From the NCBI GenBank assembly GCA_963674945.2, contig CAXXWQ010000004.1, positions 832,001-896,000 on the forward strand: a stretch of 64,000 nt of DNA, read 5' to 3'. Position 1 is the first letter of the stretch, and the number at the start of each line of letters is the position of its first letter. This document shows, in pieces, positions 19,205 to 28,693 of this stretch. Below the pieces are notes generated by a model. It was given only the letters and a program-made list of their open reading frames with translations, ran no database searches and was not told the DNA's origin. The stretch is from an uncultured Desulfosarcina sp. GTDB lineage: Bacteria > Desulfobacterota > Desulfobacteria > Desulfobacterales > Desulfosarcinaceae. Both the position numbers and the translations under genes were made by a program.

Positions 19205-20683
19205 ATGAATATTCTCCTCATTTACCCCCAGTTTCCCGATACGTTTTGGTCTTTTTCGCATGCATTGCGTTTCATCGGTAAGAAGGCGGCTTTTCCGCCA
19301 CTTGGCCTGCTCACCGTTGCGGCCCTTCTTCCGGCAACATGGTCTTTGCGCCTTGTGGACATGAACGTGAACGATATAACCGATGATGATCTTGCCTGGG
19401 CCGATATGGCTTTTCTCAGCGCCATGGCGGTCCAGCGAAAATCGACTGCCGGTATCATCGCGCGATGCCAAGGCAGGGGATTGACGATCGTAGCCGGCGG
19501 ACCGCTTTTTACGGCGGAGCCGGATGCCTTCGGGCAGGTGGACCACCTGGTTTTAGACGAGGCCGAAATGACTCTGCCGGTTTTTGTTGCAGAACTAGAA
19601 AATGGCTGTCCTCAAAAAATTTACCGGGCAAACGGCTATCCCGACGTCCACCAGACCCCCATTCCACTATGGCGCTTGATTCACATGAATCGCTATGCAT
19701 CCTTGAACATTCAGTATTCCAGAGGGTGCCCGTTCAACTGCGATTTTTGCAATATCACAAGTCTTTTCGGCAGCACGCCGCGAACAAAAGCGCCGCCTCA
19801 GGTCCTTGCGGAGTTGGATGTCATTTATCAGACCGGCTGGCGCGGCAATATCTTTTTTGTGGACGACAATTTTATCGGCAATAAAGGCTCGCTGAAGAAG
19901 CAGTTGCTCCCGGCCCTGATCGAATGGCGCAAGGACAAAAAAGGATGCGTTTTTTTTACGGAATCTTCCATCAACCTGGCCGATGACCCGGATTTGATGA
20001 CCCTGATGGCCGATGCCGGATTCGATTCCGTATTTATCGGCATCGAATCGCCGGATGAGAACAGCCTCAAGGAGTGTCACAAGGATCACAATAAAAACCG
20101 TGATATGCTGCTGGATGTAAAAAAGATACACCGCTCCGGTATGCAGGTCATGGGTGGGTTCATTGTCGGCTTCGACAGCGATACGCCCTCGATTTTTCAA
20201 CGACAGATTGATTTTATCCAGCAAAGCGGCATTGTGACGGCCATGGTCGGTATGCTTCAGGCGGCGCCCGGAACCCGTCTGTTCAATCGTCTTTTGGATG
20301 AGCGGCGTGTATGCGAAGACTTCTCCGGGGATAATGTAGACGGCCGGACCAATATTATCCCTGCCATGGGGTTGGACAACCTGATCGATGGGTACCGGGC
20401 GATTATGCGGCAGATCTATTCTCCCCGCAAATACTACCAGCGGATCAGATCCATTTTAAAAGAACTCACGGTGCCGGCGGTGACCGTTCCTATAGATTGG
20501 CAGCGATTTCTGGCGTTTTTCCGTGCCTGCCTGCGGCTGGGCGTATTGGGCAAAGAGAGATTCCAATACTGGTATCTGTTGATCTGGACCCTGGCGCGGA
20601 GGCCCAGGTTGTTACCGTTGGCAGTTACACTGTCCATCTACGGTTACCATTACCGGAGGATTTGCGAGTTGCATATCCTTTAA
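19205..20683 (+). CDS. B12-binding radical SAM protein (DUF4070, HpnP-like)
   Basis: YPQFPDTFWSF, PPLGLLTVAA, RGCPFNCDFC, FVDDNFIGN, GFIVGFDSD. Confidence 0.9.
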   Translation: MNILLIYPQFPDTFWSFSHALRFIGKKAAFPPLGLLTVAALLPATWSLRLVDMNVNDITDDDLAWADMAFLSAMAVQRKSTAGIIARCQGRGLTIVAGGPLFTAEPDAFGQVDHLVLDEAEMTLPVFVAELENGCPQKIYRANGYPDVHQTPIPLWRLIHMNRYASLNIQYSRGCPFNCDFCNITSLFGSTPRTKAPPQVLAELDVIYQTGWRGNIFFVDDNFIGNKGSLKKQLLPALIEWRKDKKGCVFFTESSINLADDPDLMTLMADAGFDSVFIGIESPDENSLKECHKDHNKNRDMLLDVKKIHRSGMQVMGGFIVGFDSDTPSIFQRQIDFIQQSGIVTAMVGMLQAAPGTRLFNRLLDERRVCEDFSGDNVDGRTNIIPAMGLDNLIDGYRAIMRQIYSPRKYYQRIRSILKELTVPAVTVPIDWQRFLAFFRACLRLGVLGKERFQYWYLLIWTLARRPRLLPLAVTLSIYGYHYRRICELHIL

Positions 20684-20779
20684 GCAAGGGAAGCAAGAAT
20701 CCGTATAGATTAAATGGTATCCGCTCTGAACGAACAAGCAACAATGAAGCTGATCGGTTCATTAATTAGGAGAAAAGTT

Positions 20780-21829
20780 ATGACTGAAGAGAATCAATCC
20801 CGGGGGGAATCCATACCGACGTTGGATGAGGTGCTGAATAAAATTCTACAGCAGTTTAAAAGATTCAAAGACGGTCCGATATACATTCTTGTTGCTGGTT
20901 TGGTAGTGGTTGTCTTATGGACCGCATGGTTCACCGTCCAACCGGAGGAGACGGGGATTGTACAGCGCTTCGGCAAGGTCATGCGCACGGCCGGTCCGGG
21001 TCTGCATTTCAAATTACCATATGGTATCGAAAAGGTCCGTCTGCTGCCCACGGCTCGGGTGCTTAAAGAAGAGTTCGGGTTTCGGACAGTCTCGGTTTCC
21101 ACCGTTCCCGGTGAAAAAACCCGCTATGATACGCGCGGTGAATATAAAGACGAGTCGCTGATGCTTACCGGCGACTTAAATGTCATCGATGTCCAGTGGA
21201 TCATCCAATATCGCATCGAAGATCCGATACGCTACCTGTTTCAGGTCCGCGACACATCGAAAACAATCCGTGACACTACCGAGGCGGTCATGCGCCGTGC
21301 GGTCGGCAACCGTCTGGGCAGCGATGTATTGACCACCGGACGGGTGGCGGTGGCCAGTGAGGCCAAAACCGAAATCCAGAAAATCCTGACAACCTATGAG
21401 TCCGGAGTGCGTCTGGTGACCGTTGAACTTCAGGACGTAACGCCGCCGGATACCGTAAAACCTGCCTTTAATGAAGTCAACGAATCGCGCCAGGACAGAG
21501 AGCGAACGATCAATAAAGCCCAGGAACAGGCCAACCGGGAAATCCCCAAAGCCCGAGGGGTGGCTACGCAAAGCATCAGCGAGGCCGAAGGTTACGCACT
21601 GGAACGCGTAAACCGGGCCCAAGGAGAGGCCACCCGTTTTGAGGCCATTTTAGGGCAATACGAACAGGCTCCGCAGGTCACGCGCCGGCGGCTGTATCTG
21701 GAGGCCATGACCGGCTTCCTGTCAGACATGAAAGGGCTCTATATTGTGGATAAGGACCAAAAGGCAATGGTGCCCTGGCTCCCATTGGAATCCGGTGCAC
21801 AACCATCAACAGAAGGGAGGCAGCCATGA
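20780..21829 (+). CDS. hflK: FtsH modulator HflK
   Basis: SPFH domain, MLTGDLN, V.PAFNEV, AEGYA. Confidence 0.9.
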   Translation: MTEENQSRGESIPTLDEVLNKILQQFKRFKDGPIYILVAGLVVVVLWTAWFTVQPEETGIVQRFGKVMRTAGPGLHFKLPYGIEKVRLLPTARVLKEEFGFRTVSVSTVPGEKTRYDTRGEYKDESLMLTGDLNVIDVQWIIQYRIEDPIRYLFQVRDTSKTIRDTTEAVMRRAVGNRLGSDVLTTGRVAVASEAKTEIQKILTTYESGVRLVTVELQDVTPPDTVKPAFNEVNESRQDRERTINKAQEQANREIPKARGVATQSISEAEGYALERVNRAQGEATRFEAILGQYEQAPQVTRRRLYLEAMTGFLSDMKGLYIVDKDQKAMVPWLPLESGAQPSTEGRQP

Positions 21830-22812
21830 AGTTTACCTTGAGAGCAGTAATCATCACGATAACGGTGGTGATCGTTATTGTACTTTATGGCGGTCTATAT
21901 ACATTGGAAGAGGGGCTGCAGGCCATTGTCGTGCAGTTTGGCCGACCAGTTGGGGAACCGGTAACCGAGGCGGGGCTGCACATGAAACTGCCCTTTGTGC
22001 AGGAGGTCCGACGATTCGAAAAGCGTCTGCTGGTCTGGGACGGTGATCCGAACCAGGTTCCCACCAAGGGGCGCGAGTTCATCTGGGTGGATACAACCGC
22101 CCGATGGCGGATTGCCGACGCGAAGAAATTTCTGGAGAATGTAGCCAGCGAAGAAGGGGCCCAGTCGCGTTTGAACGATATTCTCGATTCGGTGGTGCGC
22201 GACCAAGTGTCGAGCAGCGAACTTGTGGAACTCGTGCGTAGCGCATCGTGGGAAGTACCTGAGGGCGAGGCCCTGAAGGAGATCCCAAAGGAGCGCGAAG
22301 AGGAGCTTAAAAGGGAGATTGCCCGTGGCAGGGAGGAGATCACCCGAACGATACTGACTGAAGCACGAAAGATCATCCCGCAATACGGCATCGAACTGGT
22401 GGATGTGCGTATCAAGCGCCTGGATTACGTCGAAAGTGTCCGCGAAAAGGTCTATGAGCGCATGATCTCCGAGCGTAAACGGATCGCCGCGCAGTTTCGC
22501 TCCGAAGGTGAAGGACGCAGCGCCGAGATCCTCGGTACAATGGAAAAAGAGCTTCGCCAAATCCGCTCAACAGCCTACCGCCGGGTGCAGGAGGTCCAAG
22601 GCGAAGCCGACGCTGAGGCTACGCAAATCTATGGCCAAGCTTTCAATAAAAATCCAGAATTCTATGCTTTTTTGCGCACCCTTGAAAGCTACAAGGAGAA
22701 AACCAATATGAACTCCGTTTTGATTCTCACGACGGACAGTGATTTTTATCAATACATTAAAAACGCCGATCCAAGCAAGGTGAGGATCCCATCGGACCCT
22801 ATTCACGAGTAG
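21826..22812 (+). CDS. hflC: FtsH modulator HflC
   Basis: GIELVDVRIKR, VYERMISER..IA..FRSEG, PEFYAFLRTLESY. Confidence 0.92.
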   Translation: MKFTLRAVIITITVVIVIVLYGGLYTLEEGLQAIVVQFGRPVGEPVTEAGLHMKLPFVQEVRRFEKRLLVWDGDPNQVPTKGREFIWVDTTARWRIADAKKFLENVASEEGAQSRLNDILDSVVRDQVSSSELVELVRSASWEVPEGEALKEIPKEREEELKREIARGREEITRTILTEARKIIPQYGIELVDVRIKRLDYVESVREKVYERMISERKRIAAQFRSEGEGRSAEILGTMEKELRQIRSTAYRRVQEVQGEADAEATQIYGQAFNKNPEFYAFLRTLESYKEKTNMNSVLILTTDSDFYQYIKNADPSKVRIPSDPIHE

Positions 22813-22955
22813 ATTCGCCGCCAGCAGGAAACGTCTGGGAGTAAAACGATCTGCGGTGCGGCATTGCCGATGGCGATTACGAGGGCAAGCCCGGTTGGCT
22901 GGGTGACCGGTATTTTCATACCGGAGCGGGCAAAAACCCGTCGAAAGGAAACATC

Positions 22956-23258
22956 ATGTCAGAATACTTAGAATCCAAGGATATCAAACAATTAATGGCC
23001 GAGGCCGATGAACTGATGAAACGGATTGATGCCGATGCCATTAAAAACTTGAAAGAGGAGCATCGCCTGAAAGTTGAAACAAATGCGCAACACCTGAAAA
23101 AGATCAAATCAGCAGTTCAGGACAAGATCGAAAAGAAAAGTACCTCCAAAGAAGACAACGGTGCCGAGGGCATGCACGAAGCGTTTCAAGAGATTTCGAA
23201 GGCCATGGGTGAATTGAAAAAATATCTCTCCGGAGATCGAGCGGGCGCCGTTAAATAA
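22956..23258 (+). CDS. Hypothetical helical protein
   Basis: AAGGA RBS; lies in the operon between hflC and ftsH. Confidence 0.7.
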   Translation: MSEYLESKDIKQLMAEADELMKRIDADAIKNLKEEHRLKVETNAQHLKKIKSAVQDKIEKKSTSKEDNGAEGMHEAFQEISKAMGELKKYLSGDRAGAVK

Positions 23259-23277
23259 AAGACGGAGAAATAAATAA

Positions 23278-25236
23278 ATGCCATCCAATGGAAATAAAGA
23301 TCCGCTCGGCAACCTGACCGACAAGCTGCAATCGTTTTTCGGCTTCAAGAATCAAATGAAAAACAAGAACACGTTGCCGCCGAAGAGGCGTTTCACCATC
23401 TGGCATTTTCTCTTGGCCATGCTTTTTTTTTCCTATGTACAGCAGTTTTTCTTTTCCGCAAACGTGGAGACGATCCCGTACAGTCAGTTCAAACAGGCCA
23501 TCGCCGACGGTACCGCGGTCAAATTGATCATCGGACCGGATATTATTACTGGAACACTGAAAGGTTCCACCGATCAAGCGTTCAAGACCGTTCGAGTCGA
23601 CGATCCCGGCCTGGCGAAGGAGCTGGATGAGCGCAACATCGGTTATTCGGGACAATACGAAAATAAATTTCTGGGCGGCCTTCTCTCCTGGGTTATCCCC
23701 TTGGGCTTTTTTTTCCTAATCTGGCGATTTGCCATGAAAAAGATGGGAACGGGGATGGGGGTGATGTCTTTCAGCAAAAGCAAGGCCAAGATTTTCGCCG
23801 AGAGCGAGACCAAGGTCACGTTCGAAGACGCCGCCGGCATCGACGAAGCCAAGGAAGAACTCCATGAGGTGGTTGAATTTTTGAGCACCCCGGAAAAATC
23901 CCAGAAACTGGGAGGGCGTATACCCAAAGGGGTGCTTCTGGTTGGCCCGCCGGGAACCGGCAAAACCCTTCTTGCCAGGGCGGTGGCCGGGGAAGCCAAA
24001 GTGCCTTTCTTCAGCATCAGCGGGTCCGAGTTTGTGGAAATGTTTGTCGGTGTGGGTGCGGCCCGTGTTCGCGATCTTTTCTCCCAGGCCGCGGCGCAAG
24101 CGCCCTGTATTATCTTCATCGACGAGTTGGACGCTTTAGGCAAGGCGCGGGGCATGAATGTGATGGGCGGCCATGACGAACGCGAGCAGACGCTTAACCA
24201 GCTCCTTGTGGAGATGGATGGATTCGAAACAAATAAAGGGGTCATCATCATGGCCGCTACCAACCGGCCGGAAATTCTCGATCCGGCGTTGCTTCGGCCG
24301 GGGCGGTTCGATCGGCAGGTCCTGGTGGACCGGCCGGACATCAATGGCCGGGAAGCCATCTTGAAAATCCATTCCAAAAATGTGGTCTTGGGTCCCGAAG
24401 TCGACCTGCGCCTGATCGCCGGCCGCACCCCGGGTTTTGTGGGCGCGGACCTGGCCAACATCATCAATGAAGCCGCGCTACTGGCTGCCCGGAACAACAA
24501 GGAAATGGTCGAGCTGACGGATTTCGACGAGGCCATCGATCGGGTGGTGGCGGGGCTTCAGAAAAAGAACAGGGTAATGAGTCCCAAGGAGAAGGAAATT
24601 GTCGCCTTCCATGAGTCCGGACACGCGATCGTGGCCGAGTCTGTCGAGCATGCCGACCCGGTGCATAAGATTTCGATCATTCCCAGAGGGATAGCGGCGC
24701 TCGGCTACACCCAGCAGCAGCCGACCGAGGACCGTTATTTGATGACCCGTGCGGAGTTGCTGGATCGGTTGGCCGTCCTTTTGGGCGGTCGCGTGGCCGA
24801 AGAACTGGTATTTAACGAAATTTCCACCGGGGCACAGAATGACCTGCAACGGGCGACGGACATCGCCCGTTCCATGGTCGCGGAATATGGTATGAGCGAT
24901 CGTTTGGGCCTGGTGAGTTATGAGCGCCCGCGCCAGGCGATGTTTCTTCCGGAAGGTTTTTCTCCCGCGAAACTGTATAGTGAAGCCAAAGCCGCACAGA
25001 TCGATGAAGAGGTCACACGGTTTATCGATGAGGCTCATCAGCGTGTGCGAAAAATCCTCTCGGAACTCCGACCCGTTCTCGATGATCTGGCCCGTCTCCT
25101 TTCGCAGAATGAAAGTGTGCAGGGAGATGAACTCAGGCAAATGCTTTCAGCCGCCACACCCGGAACGGAATCTTCATTGCCCGTTGAGCCGCCTCGAGAC
25201 ATCGCCGGAAAAACGCATGAAGAAAAAAGCGATTAG
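23278..25236 (+). CDS. ftsH: ATP-dependent zinc metalloprotease FtsH
   Basis: [29 protein letters not shown]; two N-terminal TM segments. Confidence 0.97.
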   Translation: MPSNGNKDPLGNLTDKLQSFFGFKNQMKNKNTLPPKRRFTIWHFLLAMLFFSYVQQFFFSANVETIPYSQFKQAIADGTAVKLIIGPDIITGTLKGSTDQAFKTVRVDDPGLAKELDERNIGYSGQYENKFLGGLLSWVIPLGFFFLIWRFAMKKMGTGMGVMSFSKSKAKIFAESETKVTFEDAAGIDEAKEELHEVVEFLSTPEKSQKLGGRIPKGVLLVGPPGTGKTLLARAVAGEAKVPFFSISGSEFVEMFVGVGAARVRDLFSQAAAQAPCIIFIDELDALGKARGMNVMGGHDEREQTLNQLLVEMDGFETNKGVIIMAATNRPEILDPALLRPGRFDRQVLVDRPDINGREAILKIHSKNVVLGPEVDLRLIAGRTPGFVGADLANIINEAALLAARNNKEMVELTDFDEAIDRVVAGLQKKNRVMSPKEKEIVAFHESGHAIVAESVEHADPVHKISIIPRGIAALGYTQQQPTEDRYLMTRAELLDRLAVLLGGRVAEELVFNEISTGAQNDLQRATDIARSMVAEYGMSDRLGLVSYERPRQAMFLPEGFSPAKLYSEAKAAQIDEEVTRFIDEAHQRVRKILSELRPVLDDLARLLSQNESVQGDELRQMLSAATPGTESSLPVEPPRDIAGKTHEEKSD

Positions 25237-25373
25237 CAGAATCCGCTTTACCCCTTCCACGGCCTCTTTCAGGTCAGATAAGGTGGTGCTACGGTCAGAA
25301 CAACCAACAACCCTGATGGCCAGAATGCGGAACTCTCCATTGGGGCAAACCAAATCCCGCAAAAACGAGGTGT

Positions 25374-25817
25374 ATGATGGCACTAATAAGATGGAATCCC
25401 TGGCGAGAAATCGAAGAAATGGCTGATCGCTATACAAAAGCGGTCGGGCAAGCTCAGACCGGCGGCCAAGAGGTCGTCGCCACAGGCGACTGGGCACCTC
25501 GGGTAGACATCGCAGAGACCGACAACGCCTTCGAGATCAAGGTGGAGCTTCCTGAAGTCAAGAAGGAGGACGTCAAAGTAACTGTTTACAATGGTGTCCT
25601 TACGCTTCGGGGGGAAAGAAAACAGGAAAAAGAAGAGCATGGGAAAAAATTCCACCGCATCGAGCGAAAATACGGGAGTTTCACCCGTAGCTTCACCTTG
25701 CCCGACAACGTCGATGAGACCGACATTAAGGCTGCGTTCAAGGATGGCATATTGAATCTCCAGATTAAAAAAACCGAGGAGTCAAAACCCAAAGCCATCG
25801 AAGTCAATGTGCAGTAA
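25374..25817 (+). CDS. Small heat-shock protein Hsp20
   Basis: WAPRVDI.E, ER.YGSF.RSF.LP, C-terminal IEV motif. Confidence 0.95.
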   Translation: MMALIRWNPWREIEEMADRYTKAVGQAQTGGQEVVATGDWAPRVDIAETDNAFEIKVELPEVKKEDVKVTVYNGVLTLRGERKQEKEEHGKKFHRIERKYGSFTRSFTLPDNVDETDIKAAFKDGILNLQIKKTEESKPKAIEVNVQ

Positions 25818-25847
25818 AAAAACGGAGGTTCCAACCACCGACTGAAT

Positions 25848-25873
25848 CTGGGAGAAGCGATCGCTTTTCCCAG
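25848..25873 (+). terminator. Palindromic hairpin after hsp20
   Basis: ctgggagaagcgatcgcttttcccag. Confidence 0.4.
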
Positions 25874-25977
25874 GCAGTTGGCCGTTCATCCGTTTTTATA
25901 GAAAATGCAGGTTTCATCCAGGGTCCGGCAAGCGATACCGGAACGCTGAGAGAAAGGGCAGTCCTGCTCGGACGTGA

Positions 25978-27153
25978 ATGATTCCAAACAATCAGATTAC
26001 CTTGCTGCAAAACGGAGAAACTTATTTTCCGGCGCTCGAGGCAGCCATCGATCGGGCGAAGCATGAAATCTATCTGGAGACCTATATCTTCGAGAATGAC
26101 ACTACCGGCCGCCGCATCGCCGAAACACTCAAACAGGCGGCCTTGCGTGGTGTAAAAACCCATGTGCTGATGGATGGATTCGGTTCAATCGGTTTTCCTA
26201 AAACCATGATCGATAGCCTCGAGGCGGCCGGCGTAAGGGTGCTGAAATTCCGGCCCAAGACATCCCCATGGACGCTGCGGCGGCGACGGTTGCGTCGATT
26301 GCATCGCAAAATTGTGGTCGTGGACCGGATGATCGCATTTGTCGGAGGCATCAATATTATCGATTATATGGACATTCATGGTCAAACATCGACGCGCTTC
26401 GATTACGCGGTAAGCGTGGAAGGGCCGCTGGTAGAACAAATACATGAATCCGCTCGCCGGGTTTGGTCGCGCGTGGCCTGGACCCGCCTGCCTCCGGGTT
26501 GGGATGAGGACAATGACAGACATGTTCCTTCATCTGGACCCAAGGGCCGGATGCGCTCGGCTTTTCTGGTGCGCAACAACATCCGCCACCGACGCGATAT
26601 CGAAGATGCCTATCTTCAGGCGATCGATCAGGCGCGATACGAAATTATTCTTGCCAATGCCTATTTTTTGCCCGGATTGAATTTCCGGCATGCGCTTTTG
26701 GATGCGGCCGGGCGGGGTGTCCGGGTGGTTCTTCTGTTGCAGGGAAGGATGGATCACCCATTGCTGCATTCTGCCTCGCATGCCTTATATGGCAGTTTTC
26801 TCGACGCCGGCATCGAGATCCATGAATACCACAAAAGCCTGATGCACGCCAAAGTCGCCGTGATCGATGAGCATTGGGCCACGGTGGGATCTTCAAATCT
26901 CGACCCTTTCAGCCTGCTGCTTTCACTTGAAGCAAATGTTGTCGTTGACGATGAAAGTTTTGCTACCAAATTAAAACATAGCCTGGAACAGGCCATCAAG
27001 ATGGGTGCGCGGCGGATAAGTGAGGGTTGCTGGAGAACGAAATCCATCAAACTGCGTCTGGTGAGTTGGCTAAGTTATGGCGTGGTGCGATTCATGATCG
27101 GAATCGCCGGGTACGCCCCGGGGAAAAAACCGGGGCAAGTAAGGCGGAGATAA
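25978..27153 (+). CDS. clsB: Cardiolipin synthase ClsB-like phospholipase D
   Basis: Two HKD motifs (HRKIVVVD, HAKVAVID); no N-terminal TM anchor. Confidence 0.9.
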   Translation: MIPNNQITLLQNGETYFPALEAAIDRAKHEIYLETYIFENDTTGRRIAETLKQAALRGVKTHVLMDGFGSIGFPKTMIDSLEAAGVRVLKFRPKTSPWTLRRRRLRRLHRKIVVVDRMIAFVGGINIIDYMDIHGQTSTRFDYAVSVEGPLVEQIHESARRVWSRVAWTRLPPGWDEDNDRHVPSSGPKGRMRSAFLVRNNIRHRRDIEDAYLQAIDQARYEIILANAYFLPGLNFRHALLDAAGRGVRVVLLLQGRMDHPLLHSASHALYGSFLDAGIEIHEYHKSLMHAKVAVIDEHWATVGSSNLDPFSLLLSLEANVVVDDESFATKLKHSLEQAIKMGARRISEGCWRTKSIKLRLVSWLSYGVVRFMIGIAGYAPGKKPGQVRRR

Positions 27154-27178
27154 ACGACATTATGCTGACTCCGGAAAC

Positions 27179-28462
27179 ATGATGAAAACCTACAAAGATA
27201 TAAAATCGGCAGCGACCATCGATGCCATCATCGACTATGTTGAACCACTGCTTGATATTCGTTTCAAGCGTGTTAAAAAAAATCGGTATAATGCCCCATG
27301 CCCGTTCCACGCCGACACCAAAGAGAATTTCATGGTGTACGTCAATAAAGAGGATGAGGTCCGTTTCCATTGTTTCGGTGCCTGTAAGGGCGATTGGGAC
27401 ATTACCGACCTGATCATGCTGCGGAATAAATATCCGTTCCAAAGGGCGCAGCAGGTTTGGGCCGAGCATCTGGGGTTCGTGGATTTCACGTTTGATGATG
27501 GCCGCAGCCCTTCTATTCCTGAACCTGATGAAACACCGGAGCCCGATGAACCGATTTGTTTTGTCGAACCGAAAAAACTTGACCAACAGATGGTTGCCAC
27601 CCTGGACGATGCCGCCACCTTCTACCATAAACTGTTGATGTCAAATGAGGAGCGGTTCAGGACTGTTTGGGATTATCTTGCCCGCCGGGGTGTCGGAAAA
27701 GAGACCATCCGCGCGTTCAACATCGGCTACGCTCCGCCATACAGCGATGAAAAGCACCATGGCCGGTCACTCATCACCGATATCTTGCCACGGGTTGAAA
27801 CGGATCCTGGTATTTTCAATGCATTCTCGGATGCTGGATTGGTCAGATTCTTGAACGATGGATCTGTGAAGGGATACGGATACTATTGCCGGCAGATCGA
27901 TTTCAGACGGAAAGATCCGTTCTCAAGAAATTACGGTGATTATTTCGCCGGAAAAATTGTGTTTCCTATATATGATGCAGCCGCCGATGTGAGCGGAATG
28001 GTCGGTAGGTGCCTGGAAGATAGGGGCGTTCGCTGGCTCAAGCACCAGGCCAGAGAAGTTCCGCTGTCTGCCAAAAGCCGGCTTTACGGCATCGAAAAGG
28101 CCGCGCCGTATATCCGGAAGTACCGGACGATCATCCTGGTGGAGGGCCTTTTTGATTACTTTGACTTTTACAATCTGCTCCAAGGCCAGGACAAACTGGT
28201 GGTGGTATCGACATTGGGTTCCTATCTCACTCCCCAAGCGGCGACCATTCTCAAAAGCCTTGAGATCGAGAACTATATTGCCGCCTACGACTGGGACGAA
28301 CTCGGCAGAAACGGCATCGAACGGACGGCGGTCCAATCAGGCGGGTGGGTCTATTACCTTGGCGGTCCGGCAGACGGTCAGGACCCCTACGACAAACTGG
28401 AGCCGGTGGTCAGCGCCATCAGCGGATTTCCCCTGAAACAGATTCGGACTGAAGCGCCATGA
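27179..28462 (+). CDS. DnaG-like primase (CHC2 zinc finger plus TOPRIM), lacking the helicase-binding C-terminus
   Basis: CPFH...FHCFGAC, YL..RG, F.IGYAP, VEGLFD, YDWD, DP.D. Confidence 0.82.
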   Translation: MMKTYKDIKSAATIDAIIDYVEPLLDIRFKRVKKNRYNAPCPFHADTKENFMVYVNKEDEVRFHCFGACKGDWDITDLIMLRNKYPFQRAQQVWAEHLGFVDFTFDDGRSPSIPEPDETPEPDEPICFVEPKKLDQQMVATLDDAATFYHKLLMSNEERFRTVWDYLARRGVGKETIRAFNIGYAPPYSDEKHHGRSLITDILPRVETDPGIFNAFSDAGLVRFLNDGSVKGYGYYCRQIDFRRKDPFSRNYGDYFAGKIVFPIYDAAADVSGMVGRCLEDRGVRWLKHQAREVPLSAKSRLYGIEKAAPYIRKYRTIILVEGLFDYFDFYNLLQGQDKLVVVSTLGSYLTPQAATILKSLEIENYIAAYDWDELGRNGIERTAVQSGGWVYYLGGPADGQDPYDKLEPVVSAISGFPLKQIRTEAP

Positions 28463-28693
28463 AAAAAGACATCTTTCGGCCGGCACCGGAAATAAATACG
28501 GGTGATCATCGCAATGGGCAACGACGACCCATGTGCATTCATAAATGGAAGAATAGATTGAAACTCAAGGAAATTGAGAGGATTTATGTGGTTTATCATT
28601 GTAATTCTCGTTAGCCTTGCGATTTATCTTATGCTTCAGTAGTCAACATCAACAGCGATGATAGCGATGTCATTGTCTATGAGGACATAAATT

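Noticed and set aside
20780..27153. Calling the island a tLST / locus of heat resistance
   Set aside because: It shares FtsH, Hsp20 and Cls, but ClpG/ClpK, YfdX, KefB and thioredoxin are not in the window and the gene order differs
27179..28462. Prophage or ICE around the primase
   Set aside because: No integrase, helicase, structural or conjugation genes and no att repeats seen
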